IMG/VR virus record: IMGVR_UViG_3300029305_011619
Direction: 5' to 3' (one strand)
Origin: an uncultured virus (IMG/VR IMGVR_UViG_3300029305_011619)
Lineage: Duplodnaviria > Heunggongvirae > Uroviricota > Caudoviricetes
Length of the DNA stretch: 64,000 bases
Both the position numbers and the translations under genes were made by a program. The notes below the pieces were generated by a model. The model did no database searches. It saw nothing but the letters and a program-made list of their open reading frames with translations, and was not told where the DNA came from. Numbering within the stretch: the first letter of the stretch is position 1; each line of letters begins with the position of its first letter. Positions 9,643-21,063 of this stretch are shown piece after piece.

Positions 9643-11422
9643 CACTATCACCTCTATTCTTTTTGTATTCTTTAAATGTAACCATTTTGCTATAGTCTTG
9701 TTCGTGTAAATTAATTTTAATAAGCCACCAATACATAGTTCCAACATCGTTGTAGTGCCATACGTAATCATCAGATGAATTCCATTCAGCATCTTCACTG
9801 TCATCCCACAGATAGAGGGTATGTGAGGGGGTAGTGTTGCCTTGGAGAACACCCACCTGAACAACAGTTCCTTCAGTATAAGGGTTATATGTATATTTCA
9901 TTCCGTTTACAGTCCACCAGAACTCTTTTGAGTTATATCCTACCTCTATCTTATCAGTTCCATTGCTATCAAAAACTTCAAGTATTTTACCGTCGTAATT
10001 ATAAATGTTTGTAACTAATGTGGAAACAACTGTTGGCTCTTCAAGATTTAACGGATGTGTTCCGTCAATGCTATCCCATAATACCGCCTGTTCGTCTTTT
10101 AATACAAGGAAATGATTGTCTGCGTCGTATGATTCCTTGCTTATTTCAAACGTGCTTTCGCCTAATATAGAACGAGAGGCACCCCAATCTATTTTAACAG
10201 CAGAATCATATTCAAGTTTAGTATTTGGAGCAAGCAGTGCATTGGCATCATTATATTGAACAGTAATATTAATTTTTTCCTCCAAAACTGTTCCGTCGTT
10301 ATTCTCCACAATAATCTCTAAAACATATTCCTGTGGAAGTAATGAGTCATACTGATACTCAATTTTGCTGTTATACACATTCCCTGTGCTATTTACTACA
10401 CGACCATTGCTTTTTAAAGTGATATTCCAGTATTTAATATTGGAACCTTGTTGTTTATACGAAGCTTTAATATCGATAGAAGAATGTGTGTTTGTAATCA
10501 TATTATTTGTAATTTCTTCGTTATTGTTATATACAGTCAGTTCGGGAGTAGTTCTTGCTTGAAAGAAGAAACCAACATCACATTCAACATAATTCGATAA
10601 CACAACATATTCTGTCCCTGCTGGGATTGCAGTAGAAATGGTTCCATGAAGTTTGGCAGTGGAATATAAACTTGGACTAATGTTTTGAACGTATGAGACT
10701 CCAGATACAGTATTTACGATTGAGCTATCAGATAAATCTACTTGGCCGAAATACGTCATATTGCTATTAAGTGTGCATGTTTTAGTTGTTTTATTATACG
10801 AATTTCCAAAACCACCTACAATCACATAGGTACCATATTTTAATCCGTCGGTTCCGTCAGCATTTGGGTCAACATAAATAACTCCAGATTCACTGCTTGA
10901 TTTATTAGCATAAATCTTAGGATACTGTAATACACAAGAGTTAACTGTATAATCTTGAGTTCCAATTCGTAAAACCATTCCTTCACGAACAGTATCTTCA
11001 ATATGAGGTCTAATTTTAATTCCGGAGTCACCAGAGGTTTCTTTGTCCACATGTTCATAAACCCTACCTCTAACAACCTCAATATCGTGCGTATTTTGCC
11101 ATAATTTAGCCTTCCATACATAATCTAAACCGTTTGTTAAAATAGTAATTTTATTTCCATTTTCGTCGGTAATGAAGTCGCCGTTTTCATCGGTTTTATA
11201 AACGGGAATAATCACCTCGATAAAACTATCATCTCCGTCATTCCCATATACACAGCAATCTTCCTTATTCCCTTCATACACTAACTCATTAGTAGAGGCG
11301 TTGTATATAAGAATCTGATATGCTATTACACAATCTCCGTTAACTTTGAATCTAAATGTGTTTTCTTTATTTGCGTCAATGGTGCTTAAATAAGGGCTTG
11401 GGAAACTTGGTTGATATAACAC
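9635..11422 (-). CDS. Minor tail structural protein (Ig/FN3-like beta domains)
   Basis: 595-aa beta-rich ORF in the tail module; GTG start with RBS. Confidence 0.5.
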   Translation of the reverse strand: MLYQPSFPSPYLSTIDANKENTFRFKVNGDCVIAYQILIYNASTNELVYEGNKEDCCVYGNDGDDSFIEVIIPVYKTDENGDFITDENGNKITILTNGLDYVWKAKLWQNTHDIEVVRGRVYEHVDKETSGDSGIKIRPHIEDTVREGMVLRIGTQDYTVNSCVLQYPKIYANKSSSESGVIYVDPNADGTDGLKYGTYVIVGGFGNSYNKTTKTCTLNSNMTYFGQVDLSDSSIVNTVSGVSYVQNISPSLYSTAKLHGTISTAIPAGTEYVVLSNYVECDVGFFFQARTTPELTVYNNNEEITNNMITNTHSSIDIKASYKQQGSNIKYWNITLKSNGRVVNSTGNVYNSKIEYQYDSLLPQEYVLEIIVENNDGTVLEEKINITVQYNDANALLAPNTKLEYDSAVKIDWGASRSILGESTFEISKESYDADNHFLVLKDEQAVLWDSIDGTHPLNLEEPTVVSTLVTNIYNYDGKILEVFDSNGTDKIEVGYNSKEFWWTVNGMKYTYNPYTEGTVVQVGVLQGNTTPSHTLYLWDDSEDAEWNSSDDYVWHYNDVGTMYWWLIKINLHEQDYSKMVTFKEYKKNRGDSDV

Positions 11423-11465
11423 TGTTTCACCCCTTTCTGATTAATATCTTCCATATTTCAATATC

Positions 11466-11987
11466 TTATTTGGAATTTACCATAAGAATCTGGCCTTGCT
11501 GTAATTTCTTATATAAATCATCAATTCTTTGATGAACATCGTCAACGGTTGCATTCATAGCGTTGATCTTTGTCAAGATTTCATATAATACAGGCAGGTC
11601 TTCATCAGGTAAATAATATACAATATCATCGTGATCCTGAATAACACAGGTAACTTGACCAGTTCTTGCTAATAAATCAGAATCAATAGAGTAGAATTCG
11701 ACCCATAACTTTAGAACACCAGGAGTGGATGTCATAACTCTACTCATGGGAATTTCAACAACATGATATTCATCGGAATAATCTGTTAGATGTTTCGTTA
11801 AATCAATAGGCTTTCCTTTACCATCCGAATTGATAAAGTTAAGCCATATAACGCAGTCACGGATATCAATGTCGTTGATTTTTCTATATAAAATAAATTT
11901 AATAATCTCGGCATTATTTTCATCTTCAAATGTATTACCCGGTTTAGTAATAACCAGATTTTTATCTTTTGACATCTTTAAAACCAA
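11466..11987 (-). CDS. BppU-N-like baseplate upper protein
   Basis: Size, EDENNAEIIKF/INSDGK pattern and position after the tape measure gene. Confidence 0.45.
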   Translation of the reverse strand: MVLKMSKDKNLVITKPGNTFEDENNAEIIKFILYRKINDIDIRDCVIWLNFINSDGKGKPIDLTKHLTDYSDEYHVVEIPMSRVMTSTPGVLKLWVEFYSIDSDLLARTGQVTCVIQDHDDIVYYLPDEDLPVLYEILTKINAMNATVDDVHQRIDDLYKKLQQGQILMVNSK

Positions 11988-12017
11988 GATAAAACACCTC
12001 CTATGATGTTTATAGTA

Positions 12018-12047
12018 AAACCAGCTACCGTAACAGGTAGCTGGTTT
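12018..12047. terminator. Intrinsic terminator after the tape measure gene
   Basis: AAACCAGCTACC-gtaaca-GGTAGCTGGTTT hairpin with T tracts. Confidence 0.7.
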
Positions 12048-12058
12048 ATCACGAATTA

Positions 12059-15000
12059 TTATTTAATTTTGTTGCCAATGTGTTTATTTAGCTGCCATAA
12101 GAAATCGTCATAATCTCTTGGGTTATTAATAATAATATCTCCAAAGGACTGGCTAGTTCCTGTTTGAGCTTCTTTATATGCAGGCATTATACCCGGAGAT
12201 AAATGCGTTCCTGTTAATGAGTCGAGAATATTTAATTTACTCAAGTTAAATAAATTTTTTGTTTGCTTATGAGAGAATACGGTTTCTCCTCCAGAGAAGT
12301 CATGAAGAATACCGTTTTGAGTCATATATGTCTCGTAGCCTAACTCATTAACTTTATGCCATCCTGCCAACGCATGTGGTGTTCCTGATGCATATCCGCT
12401 CTTTTTTGAGTAATCAATCTCATCAATCCGACCACTCTCATAGCTTCCGTCTGGATTTACTACATTAATACGATAAGCTCCTCCAGCGGTTAGAACAACA
12501 TCTCCTTCGTTTAATCCTTTTGGAGCATTACCATCTGGGTTTACCTTTACAACTTTGTTTCCGGGATTTAAACTGAAAGAATATTCCGAACCAGAGTTTA
12601 ACCGATGTTTTAGAGCACCTAATTCTTCATCTAATCCGGGAATATTGAATCCTGTAATAGTCTCAAATAATCTTGCCAAATCTCCAAGAGGCTCTATGAA
12701 GTCTTCAATAGCCCGTCTCATTTCCTCGGTCTGATCGTTAATCATTTTGATGCGATTTTCGATTGCAGCCTTTTCATTATTCAGTCCATCTATATGAGCA
12801 CGTTTTGTATCTAGCGCATACTGCTGTTCGTTTGTCAGTCTGATTTCTGCCAATTCACTCTCTAAATTAGCAACCTCTTCAGTAGCTTCCATCAGTTTTT
12901 GATAATCAGCAACTTGCTGTAACTGGCCACCAACAACCATTGTTACGTTCTTCTCAGCCAAGATGTTGTTAAGTTCAGATTGCTTTTTAGCTAAATTCAA
13001 TTCAGCTCTTGCAATTTCATATTCACGCTCTTTGGACGCAAGTCTTCTTTCATACTCTTTAGTGATAGCCGCTTCAAGATACCAGTTGTCTTCGGTAAGA
13101 CCATTGATTTGGTTTTGATACCAACTATAAATTTCTTGAGTATCTTTTTGAAGAGTTTTCAACTTATCAGATAATACATCGTAATCCTTTTCGTTGAATA
13201 GGAATTGTCTTGTATATTCATCCATCCACGTAGACAATTTCTTAGAAGCATTTAATTCATTGTTGATTTCACGTTGTGCTTCTCTGATTGTCTTTTGCGT
13301 TTCGTAAAACTTAGACTCACTATCAACTAACGCCTGATTTTTATTAATAAGGATATCGTATGCATCTGCTCTTTCTTGTAATGCTTCTGTTTGACGACCA
13401 ATTATTCGCTCAATCTCAGAAAATACTCGAGAAGTATAATCTTTAATAGCGTCTTCAGCATCCCACCATTGGTTCTGTAATTGCTGAATTTCATCCTTGT
13501 ATTTCTCAGGGTCTATTGATCTAAGACGTTCTGCTTCATTATGATAGAGCTCTTGCATTTGTCGATAGTAAGATGTCGGGTCAAATAACGGGTCTGCTTT
13601 GGTAGCTAAATCCAGTTCATGTTGCAGATCGCTAACCTGTTGCATAACTTCATCATGAATTCTTTCAATCTCAGAGTGTTTGGTTTCATATGCAGCTTCA
13701 TCCGCTTCTTTTGCCAAATCGAAGTACTTAGTATATTCGTCGAAATACATCTGTGCAACTTCGGAATCATAATCGATAACACCACTATCAACATCTTTCA
13801 TCCATGCAACAAAGGCATCCTGAATTGTTTTAGCTATATTATTAGCTGTAGTGCCTTGCATATCTATTAAGGTGTTTTTAAGACCCAATAATGCCTCATC
13901 GTATTCCTCGTCTGTTAATTCACCACTTTGATACTGAGACATAACATCAGAAACCATAGATAAATAATTGGCATTATCGCTCTCCATGGCACTTTCGTTT
14001 TGTTTTATAATATCACTAAGAATGTACTGATGTCTTCCAGATACGGTTTGACTATGACGCTTATTTACACTTTCTAATTTAGTTGGATTATTAAGTATTT
14101 CTTCAGATTCTTCATGAGTAAGAATTCTTGTTCCTGCTGGTAAATCTGCAAGTTCAACTCCGTCTCTACCTACGATATGAACAACCCCATCTGGTGTTAT
14201 AGCCAATTCATAACCTGACTCTCCGACAAACGCTAAACCAGCATCTGAGGATTCTGTACCGTCTGCATGACCCGGTAAGTAACCTTCGGGGTTTTCTTTA
14301 ACACCGTTTTTGATGGTTTCAAGGTGTAGGTGGTCACCCGTAACATTGCCTGTTGCTCCTACATACCCTATAATGCTATCTGTATCGACTTGTTTTCCAA
14401 CTTCAATACCTTCTCCGTATCTTGACATATGAGCATATAAGGATACAAGTCCATCGCCATGGTCTATCTTAACATAATAACCATATACGCCACTGTCAGA
14501 CACTGACTTCGCAATTATTTTTCCCGCTTTAATAGGTATAATAGGTGTTCCTTTGACCGCAGCAAAGTCCATTCCGTCATGCCCGTCGCTATCCCAATAT
14601 TCTCCCTGTTGTCGAAAAGTAGCACTTACTGCATAATCAAAAGCACTTTTACTATTGGCTTGTAATTTGGAAATATCGGCACTAGCCGAAGATGTGGCAC
14701 TGCCTAAAACTTCTTGCAGATTTTTTGTTAAAGATTCAATTTCTTTGATTTTCTCTTTATAATTCGTAGTGTCGATGCTATCTATTGTTTCTTGTATTTT
14801 TGAGAAACTACTTGTAAATGCATCAGAAACTGTGTTTGTTGTATCAATAGCAGAGTTGGAAATATCAGACATTTTTTCCTGAAAATCTTCTGTAGCATCT
14901 GCGATTTTTTCCGCCGCTTCTTGTTTTGCTTCTTCGAGCTTTTCCATAGCGTCTTGTCTGGTCTTTTCCATATCATCAATGAGGTTTTGACGCTCTTTTT

Positions 15001-18000
15001 CCCTTGCGGCTTTATTGTCTTCAATCTGCTGGTTTAAAGATTTTGTTACAATTTCGTTAATAGTTGCCTGAGTTTCTTCCTGCTGTTTAATTAACTCGTT
15101 ATCCTTTTTTTTGCGTTCTTTTAACTCTTTATTGTTGGTAGTCGTCAGAGACCCAAACATAACATCCGCAAATAACAAATCTTCAGTATACTTGCCGTAA
15201 TCATCATCGGTATTTCTAACTATGTCAATAAGTCTATCGATTCGATTAATCTCATGTTCTAGTGCAGAAATTTGCCCGTCAGCTAAAGATGTGATTTGTC
15301 CTAATTTAGCTTCATATAATGCGGTGGTTGTTTCACGGATTGTTGTTGCATTTTGACGAAGTTTTTCACCAATTTCTCCAATCGCATCTGCAACTTCTTG
15401 AGCTTCCTTACCGGTTTGAGGAGTTAATGAAGCCAATCTGTCAAACTCTTTTTTCAGTTTTGCAGAATACTCCATTGTTGTTTGGAGTTTTCTGTTTAGT
15501 AGACTTTCCTGAGTGTCGAAATCTTTGTCGTCAATCAAATCTAAACCGAAATCATAAGTATCGAGGTCTTTTTCGTATTTATCAAGTAAATCCCTACGCT
15601 TATCTAAGTCTTCTTTTAAGCTTTCATACCGTTCTTCTTCCCATGCTTCTTGCATGTTTTCAGCAAATTCGGCTTCTTTTTCTGCCAAATCTTCGTTGAT
15701 ATCTTCGATTTTTTCTGCTAGGTCTTTATTGATATCGGATACTTTCTCTGCGTAATCACGAGTGTTTTTAAGACGCTCTTTTTCGATGTCTTTTTGGCTT
15801 TTATCAGAACCAGAGTATTCTGGAGTGATGGGCTTCTGAAAATACTTGGATGTATCATTGTTTAAAGCATCACGGTAAGCTTCGTTCCAACTATTATACC
15901 ATTTGCCATTGTAGGAATATCCTTTCCCAACTGTACCTTGTTTTTCTACAATCCCAAGAGAAGATCCATCTACGTCTCCTTCCATCTTCATAGCTTCTCG
16001 AAGTTTTCTTATTTGCTCAATCTGCCCATAAAAGCTTAAGTTTGTGTTATTAAGCATTATCATTTTGAGCATCATGTCAACAATAGCATTTGTTGTTAAA
16101 CCACATTCATCCGCTACTTTTTCTAAGCTGTCCTGGAAGTCTTCTTCTCCAACTTTGGCTTGTAGTGCAGCAACTTTGGTTTCTGCTAACTTACGATTTC
16201 TGTACTCGTGTGCTACTGCTGAAGCATTAACTACGCCATTTTCACGAAGAATAGCTTCGATTTCAGCCTCAGTAACGTCAGTTAAATCCTTCCCGGCAAA
16301 TGCATTGTCTAAGATTTTGTACGTCAAATCAGACATCGTTTGATTGAATTCTTCAGAGTCTGCTTTGGCATTTAGCAATTTGTTTTTATACTCATTCCAA
16401 GCATCGCCTGATAAATTAGTAGCCTTTTGGATTTCTTCAAGAGTTTTTGTGGTGATATAACCGTCATCTGCAAGCTCCTTGGATGCTGAGCCAAGAACTT
16501 TAATATTGTCTGATACTTTAGCTAAATCTTCTGTTGAAAATGGGATTGGCTGATCTTCAACTTGATTCTGTGTGTTAGTCTTGGTATACTCAGAATATTT
16601 TCTAAAATTGCCAAAATACTCATTTACGGCAGCTTTGATATCTTCCTTTTTTAAATCTCCGTTAGCAATAGCATCTTTAACCGTTTCGTTTTCGGAAATA
16701 GCTTTTATAACTTCTTCTGTATATGCTTTGTATTCATCCTCTGAAGTTACATCTTTCCCTTCGCCAACTTTTGAAACAAGAAGCGTGTCCACTAGACTAT
16801 TTGCAGCATTTTTTTGCTTGGTAAGAAAGCCTTCCTCTCCAGTCATACTATTGTAAATTTCTACAAGCCTTTTCCAAAGTTTCGAATCGTTATAATCATA
16901 TCCTTCAGCTTTTTCCAATGCTTCAATTCCGACTCGAATAGCTTCTGCTCGTTCTGTATCATTCAGTTTTTCATCCAAAACTAGTCGGCTATAAGTATCT
17001 CCGGGAAGGAGTCCGCCGACATATTGGGCATTAGCGATACCAAGTCCTTTTTCTTTCCATGCCTTATCAATTATTTCCAAGCCTTTATCTCTTGATTTGT
17101 TATCACCCCAAAAGTCAAAGGTTATGACATTATACTTGCCCTCATCAGTAAGGTTGTGTTTCCAGTTACCCTCGTGTACTGTATTACTCTTCGTTTCATT
17201 TTGCGCGTCTTTATAAGCTTTTTCGTAGTCAGAGATAGTTTCGCCAGACTTGATTCCATAGTATTCTCTAAGTTTTCTAATATTGTCGTCTAAATTACCA
17301 TTGATTAAATCTAAGCCTTCTGCTTCGCTACCAACTAAACTAACGATATCTTCTTGAATTTGCTTAATCTCTTCTCTTGTCTGAGTGTCAAAATAATCAC
17401 TTTGAGCAATCTCTTCGTATCTGTTTATTAAAGTGCTTAATTGGTTTCTTTCTTCTGTGTGCGCTTCTGCAATCTCACGAGATGCATTAGCAGCTTCTTC
17501 TACTTGCCTTTTAGCCTCTGCTCGAATACTGGAGACTATATCGCTTACAAATGCAATAGCAGAAATCCCTGCAGTAATCCATCCGCCTACACCCATAGAT
17601 GCGAAGAATCCAGCCTTTAAACCTGATGCTTTCTTTTCTTCTGCATTAAGCTTCTTTTTAGCTTCAGTAAGGTTATATGTCTGCAGTATTTCTTCTACTC
17701 TGTTTTTAGCCTCTGCGTCATCAGCGGCATTATTAAGTAGTGTAGTTCGTAGCAATTTCTGCTGTGCTTTATTTAATTTCGATATTGATGCAGCCAGCGC
17801 TTCGTTTTTTACAATCTCACCGCTACCCGAGGCTAGTCCGGACAACGATGAAAATGTAGAGTTAAGCGTTCGTGTCTGCATAGCGGCCTTAATAGCCACA
17901 ATACCTGTAACTACGGCTGGTATCATTCCAGGTATCTTTGTTATAAAATTCAGACCTTTTGATAACAACAAGGTTACATCAAGTAAAAATTTTACAATTC

Positions 18001-19918
18001 CGCTATTTATGACAGTTCTTGAGATTTCATCAAATTCTGCTTTGATTAGCTGTAACTTACCGGAAATACCCTTTAGAAATTCATCATTTTCCTTCAGTGC
18101 GGATCCTGCAGACCCCTGAGACGCAGCTAATGCATCTTCTGCTATTTCAAAATTATTCAAAAGAGACGTTATTACGTTCGCGTTTCTTTTACCGCCGAGA
18201 AGCTCTACGATATTTGCTTGATCAATGTCCTCTATGTTATCCCATACTTCGGAGATCTCTTTTAAAATATCGTATGGGCTTTTGAAAGTTTTATCATCTA
18301 ACATGATGTCAACTTTATTACCTGTTAGTTTAAGAATATCGCTACGTAATTCTGATACGCTGTTGGCCATACCATCTGTAGCCTCGCCTGCTTCTTCTGC
18401 TTCTGTTTTAGCAGCTCGTAGGTACATACTGATAGTCTTTATCGCTGTACCAACTACTTCAGGGTTTTGAATAACAGAGTTTGCGGCGGTAATCAACGCA
18501 ATAGACTGGTCTAGACCGTTGTTAGCAGCAGCAAGAGCAGAAGCTGATTTCTGTAATGCAATACCGATACCTTCTGAGTCAATTGCGAATCTATTGCCAA
18601 CTTCATTAAACTTGTCTACGATCGACATAGCGTCTTTGGCTGCTAATCCTGTGTGTTCAAACGCCTTAATGGTTGAGATAATAGAAGATGTCGCTTCTTC
18701 TACGTCTTCAATCCCATCACCTACGTTTTTATATACTAGGGCTGCTTCTGCCAAGAACGAAGATTCTTCAGCGCTATATCCAATTTTAGCGAAATTAGCA
18801 GATGCCATTACAACATCTGCGGCGGATGCGCCTACTTCTTTTGAGATCGCGGTAGATTTTTCTATAAATCTCTCGTAGTCCTTTTCTGTTAGGTTTGTAA
18901 CTTTTCTTAGTTCAACCATAGCGTCATCTAACTCTTTGACGCTGTTAAACATAGTTTTAATTGTACGAACACCGAACATAAAGGTTTTAGAAACGGTAGC
19001 CCAGTTAGAGAATTTTTCCCATCCTTTTTTTAGTTTACCAAAGAATGTCTCCCCCATAATACCGGCTTCTCTTGATGCATTATTTATCGATAAGAAAGCC
19101 AGTCTTATACTTTCAAGGTGTGTTTTCGCTTCAGGACTATTTGCCTCAATAGCGTCTAATGACGATAAGATTCCATCAAGTTCATATTGATTGGCCTTAT
19201 AAGCTTTTGGGTTTGCAGATATAAATTTCTGCACTCTACCTTTTAATGCCTCGATCTTTGTCTGAATTTGCAATGAGTTCTCTTCGAGTTTTAACTGCTC
19301 TTTATATTTAAGAACATTTGCGTGTATTGCTTCTCCTTGTTTAAGAAACTCTGCATACTCATCAGCAGCCATAGGAGATTTAGAATTTTTTAGAGAGTAG
19401 TATTTCTTTAACCACTCAACTGATTCTTTAATGCTATTATTGAAAGCTTCATTATCATCTGCGTCTCCAAGTGCGGGTGCAACATTGCTAACATTTCTTG
19501 CTGTAGAACTTAATAGTTTCATCTGAGCATTAAATTCAGAAGTGGCTTTAGCAGCATCTTCTGCGCTCTTTTTGTCCTTTTTAAATCCGTCTGAGCCTTT
19601 GTACTCATCCCATTTGCCATCCATAAAGGCGCTCACGCCTCCAACTGTAAGTCCGGATAGCATTTTTGATATATCCTGCCGTAGCTTTTCTATTGCAGGT
19701 TTCGCATTAATCGACTTAACATCAACAGTAATACCACCGCCGGCTCTAATTCTGTCGTTTATATCTTTGGTTAATGCTTTTGGATCTATTTTAATTCTAA
19801 TATTCTTTATTTGAATCGGAGTTTTGGTTGCCTGTTCTACATATTTCTGAATCTCTGTTGCGAACGACGCCTTATTAGATGTGTCTACATGTAATGATAC
19901 TTTTGCTCCAAAAGCCAT
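12059..19918 (-). CDS. Tape measure protein (TP901-type core) with an M23 peptidase domain
   Basis: About 2,620 aa and helical; ELDDAMVELRKV/IVDKFNEVGNRFAI TP901 core; HDGMDF...YAHMS...GDHLHLE M23 motifs; GYASGT motif. Confidence 0.9.
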   Translation of the reverse strand: MAFGAKVSLHVDTSNKASFATEIQKYVEQATKTPIQIKNIRIKIDPKALTKDINDRIRAGGGITVDVKSINAKPAIEKLRQDISKMLSGLTVGGVSAFMDGKWDEYKGSDGFKKDKKSAEDAAKATSEFNAQMKLLSSTARNVSNVAPALGDADDNEAFNNSIKESVEWLKKYYSLKNSKSPMAADEYAEFLKQGEAIHANVLKYKEQLKLEENSLQIQTKIEALKGRVQKFISANPKAYKANQYELDGILSSLDAIEANSPEAKTHLESIRLAFLSINNASREAGIMGETFFGKLKKGWEKFSNWATVSKTFMFGVRTIKTMFNSVKELDDAMVELRKVTNLTEKDYERFIEKSTAISKEVGASAADVVMASANFAKIGYSAEESSFLAEAALVYKNVGDGIEDVEEATSSIISTIKAFEHTGLAAKDAMSIVDKFNEVGNRFAIDSEGIGIALQKSASALAAANNGLDQSIALITAANSVIQNPEVVGTAIKTISMYLRAAKTEAEEAGEATDGMANSVSELRSDILKLTGNKVDIMLDDKTFKSPYDILKEISEVWDNIEDIDQANIVELLGGKRNANVITSLLNNFEIAEDALAASQGSAGSALKENDEFLKGISGKLQLIKAEFDEISRTVINSGIVKFLLDVTLLLSKGLNFITKIPGMIPAVVTGIVAIKAAMQTRTLNSTFSSLSGLASGSGEIVKNEALAASISKLNKAQQKLLRTTLLNNAADDAEAKNRVEEILQTYNLTEAKKKLNAEEKKASGLKAGFFASMGVGGWITAGISAIAFVSDIVSSIRAEAKRQVEEAANASREIAEAHTEERNQLSTLINRYEEIAQSDYFDTQTREEIKQIQEDIVSLVGSEAEGLDLINGNLDDNIRKLREYYGIKSGETISDYEKAYKDAQNETKSNTVHEGNWKHNLTDEGKYNVITFDFWGDNKSRDKGLEIIDKAWKEKGLGIANAQYVGGLLPGDTYSRLVLDEKLNDTERAEAIRVGIEALEKAEGYDYNDSKLWKRLVEIYNSMTGEEGFLTKQKNAANSLVDTLLVSKVGEGKDVTSEDEYKAYTEEVIKAISENETVKDAIANGDLKKEDIKAAVNEYFGNFRKYSEYTKTNTQNQVEDQPIPFSTEDLAKVSDNIKVLGSASKELADDGYITTKTLEEIQKATNLSGDAWNEYKNKLLNAKADSEEFNQTMSDLTYKILDNAFAGKDLTDVTEAEIEAILRENGVVNASAVAHEYRNRKLAETKVAALQAKVGEEDFQDSLEKVADECGLTTNAIVDMMLKMIMLNNTNLSFYGQIEQIRKLREAMKMEGDVDGSSLGIVEKQGTVGKGYSYNGKWYNSWNEAYRDALNNDTSKYFQKPITPEYSGSDKSQKDIEKERLKNTRDYAEKVSDINKDLAEKIEDINEDLAEKEAEFAENMQEAWEEERYESLKEDLDKRRDLLDKYEKDLDTYDFGLDLIDDKDFDTQESLLNRKLQTTMEYSAKLKKEFDRLASLTPQTGKEAQEVADAIGEIGEKLRQNATTIRETTTALYEAKLGQITSLADGQISALEHEINRIDRLIDIVRNTDDDYGKYTEDLLFADVMFGSLTTTNNKELKERKKKDNELIKQQEETQATINEIVTKSLNQQIEDNKAAREKERQNLIDDMEKTRQDAMEKLEEAKQEAAEKIADATEDFQEKMSDISNSAIDTTNTVSDAFTSSFSKIQETIDSIDTTNYKEKIKEIESLTKNLQEVLGSATSSASADISKLQANSKSAFDYAVSATFRQQGEYWDSDGHDGMDFAAVKGTPIIPIKAGKIIAKSVSDSGVYGYYVKIDHGDGLVSLYAHMSRYGEGIEVGKQVDTDSIIGYVGATGNVTGDHLHLETIKNGVKENPEGYLPGHADGTESSDAGLAFVGESGYELAITPDGVVHIVGRDGVELADLPAGTRILTHEESEEILNNPTKLESVNKRHSQTVSGRHQYILSDIIKQNESAMESDNANYLSMVSDVMSQYQSGELTDEEYDEALLGLKNTLIDMQGTTANNIAKTIQDAFVAWMKDVDSGVIDYDSEVAQMYFDEYTKYFDLAKEADEAAYETKHSEIERIHDEVMQQVSDLQHELDLATKADPLFDPTSYYRQMQELYHNEAERLRSIDPEKYKDEIQQLQNQWWDAEDAIKDYTSRVFSEIERIIGRQTEALQERADAYDILINKNQALVDSESKFYETQKTIREAQREINNELNASKKLSTWMDEYTRQFLFNEKDYDVLSDKLKTLQKDTQEIYSWYQNQINGLTEDNWYLEAAITKEYERRLASKEREYEIARAELNLAKKQSELNNILAEKNVTMVVGGQLQQVADYQKLMEATEEVANLESELAEIRLTNEQQYALDTKRAHIDGLNNEKAAIENRIKMINDQTEEMRRAIEDFIEPLGDLARLFETITGFNIPGLDEELGALKHRLNSGSEYSFSLNPGNKVVKVNPDGNAPKGLNEGDVVLTAGGAYRINVVNPDGSYESGRIDEIDYSKKSGYASGTPHALAGWHKVNELGYETYMTQNGILHDFSGGETVFSHKQTKNLFNLSKLNILDSLTGTHLSPGIMPAYKEAQTGTSQSFGDIIINNPRDYDDFLWQLNKHIGNKIK

Positions 19919-19953
19919 AGTGATCACCACCCTTATTTATACCGTGTAGGTAT

Positions 19954-20442
19954 TTAATAAAATTCCCTTTTTATTCCTCTATTGATTGCATCTGAAACTC
20001 TGCTACCAACCCTGCCACTTGCTGTCATTATTTCTTTTTGAGCCAAATTAACAGCAGGGCGGGGAAAACCTTTGCGCCAGATACCTCTAGCCTTTTTTCT
20101 TTTTGTTCCTAACATTTTTAAAAAGGAACCGGGCTCCTCTGGCACAAACGTATATCCTTTAACAACAGGCGTATTTGGAGTTTCAATGCTCGTAATAATA
20201 ATCTCGTTTGGCTGTTCTGATATACATACCAACTCGTCTAACAACGAGAATCTTCTTTGGTAGGTTGTATGATTCACCCAACCGTTTGGAATAGGTTGGT
20301 GTGCGTCATATATATCCTTTTTTATATGTTCACGAAGAATTTTTTCAACTTCTTCAGCAACTTCGTTTTTTAAAATGCGCTCTATTGCTCGGTTAGCGCC
20401 GGATATTAACTGTTCCCAGTTGACATAGTAAGAATTTGCCAA
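19954..20442 (-). CDS. Putative tail completion/neck protein
   Basis: ORF directly upstream of the tape measure gene; YQRR and FPRP motifs. Confidence 0.4.
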   Translation of the reverse strand: MANSYYVNWEQLISGANRAIERILKNEVAEEVEKILREHIKKDIYDAHQPIPNGWVNHTTYQRRFSLLDELVCISEQPNEIIITSIETPNTPVVKGYTFVPEEPGSFLKMLGTKRKKARGIWRKGFPRPAVNLAQKEIMTASGRVGSRVSDAINRGIKREFY

Positions 20443-20448
20443 ATTTCA

Positions 20449-21051
20449 TCACTTCTCCAATACAATGGTATCCTGCTTGTCAGATGCATCACCGTAAGCA
20501 GTAGTATTATTTTTGTTTTTCAAGCTAAGATAAGATACTACATCTGCTAGTGCATCTGGGTCTATGCTTGATAACATACCTTCGTCAGCCTTAGTCATAT
20601 CGTTAAACGAATCAATCATTTCGTTGACTTTAGAAGACATAGTTGACAGCATAATATTTGTCATATACGATATTTTCTTATCGATAGCATCGATTATTGC
20701 TTTATATTGACTATAGTTAATATATTGTAAAATCTGATCATAAGCAGAAGTTCCATAAACCAAAGTGTACTGATCTTTAGCACTTGTTGGTAACTTTAAA
20801 TTTGAATAATAACTTAATACACCAACTCTGATTGCGAAATCATATACTTCCGGTATGTATTCTAAGCTAACCCCATCAACACATGAGTCAACAACTTCAG
20901 AAACAAACGACATCGCTTCGTTTAAAGAAATTGTTTTCTCTACATTAAACGCAACGTCTGTTGTTCCGTCTAAAATTAACTCTACGGTATTATTTCTGTT
21001 CAAAGCCTTCTCAAATTGATTGATTGACACTCTTTTTGTTTTATTATTCAT
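20449..21051 (-). CDS. Hypothetical protein, possible tail assembly chaperone
   Basis: ORF with AAGGAG RBS in the tail module. Confidence 0.4.
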   Translation of the reverse strand: MNNKTKRVSINQFEKALNRNNTVELILDGTTDVAFNVEKTISLNEAMSFVSEVVDSCVDGVSLEYIPEVYDFAIRVGVLSYYSNLKLPTSAKDQYTLVYGTSAYDQILQYINYSQYKAIIDAIDKKISYMTNIMLSTMSSKVNEMIDSFNDMTKADEGMLSSIDPDALADVVSYLSLKNKNNTTAYGDASDKQDTIVLEK

Positions 21052-21063
21052 AACATTCTCCTT

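Noticed and set aside
9643..9864. N-terminal extension of ORF 8770-9864
   Set aside because: It overlaps the upstream gene by more than 200 nt; the RBS supports a start at 9642.
13606..19814. Plus-strand and alternate-frame ORFs inside the tape measure gene (e.g. 17433-18119)
   Set aside because: Antisense shadows of a long coding frame, with no RBS and low-complexity Ser/Ala/Leu translations.
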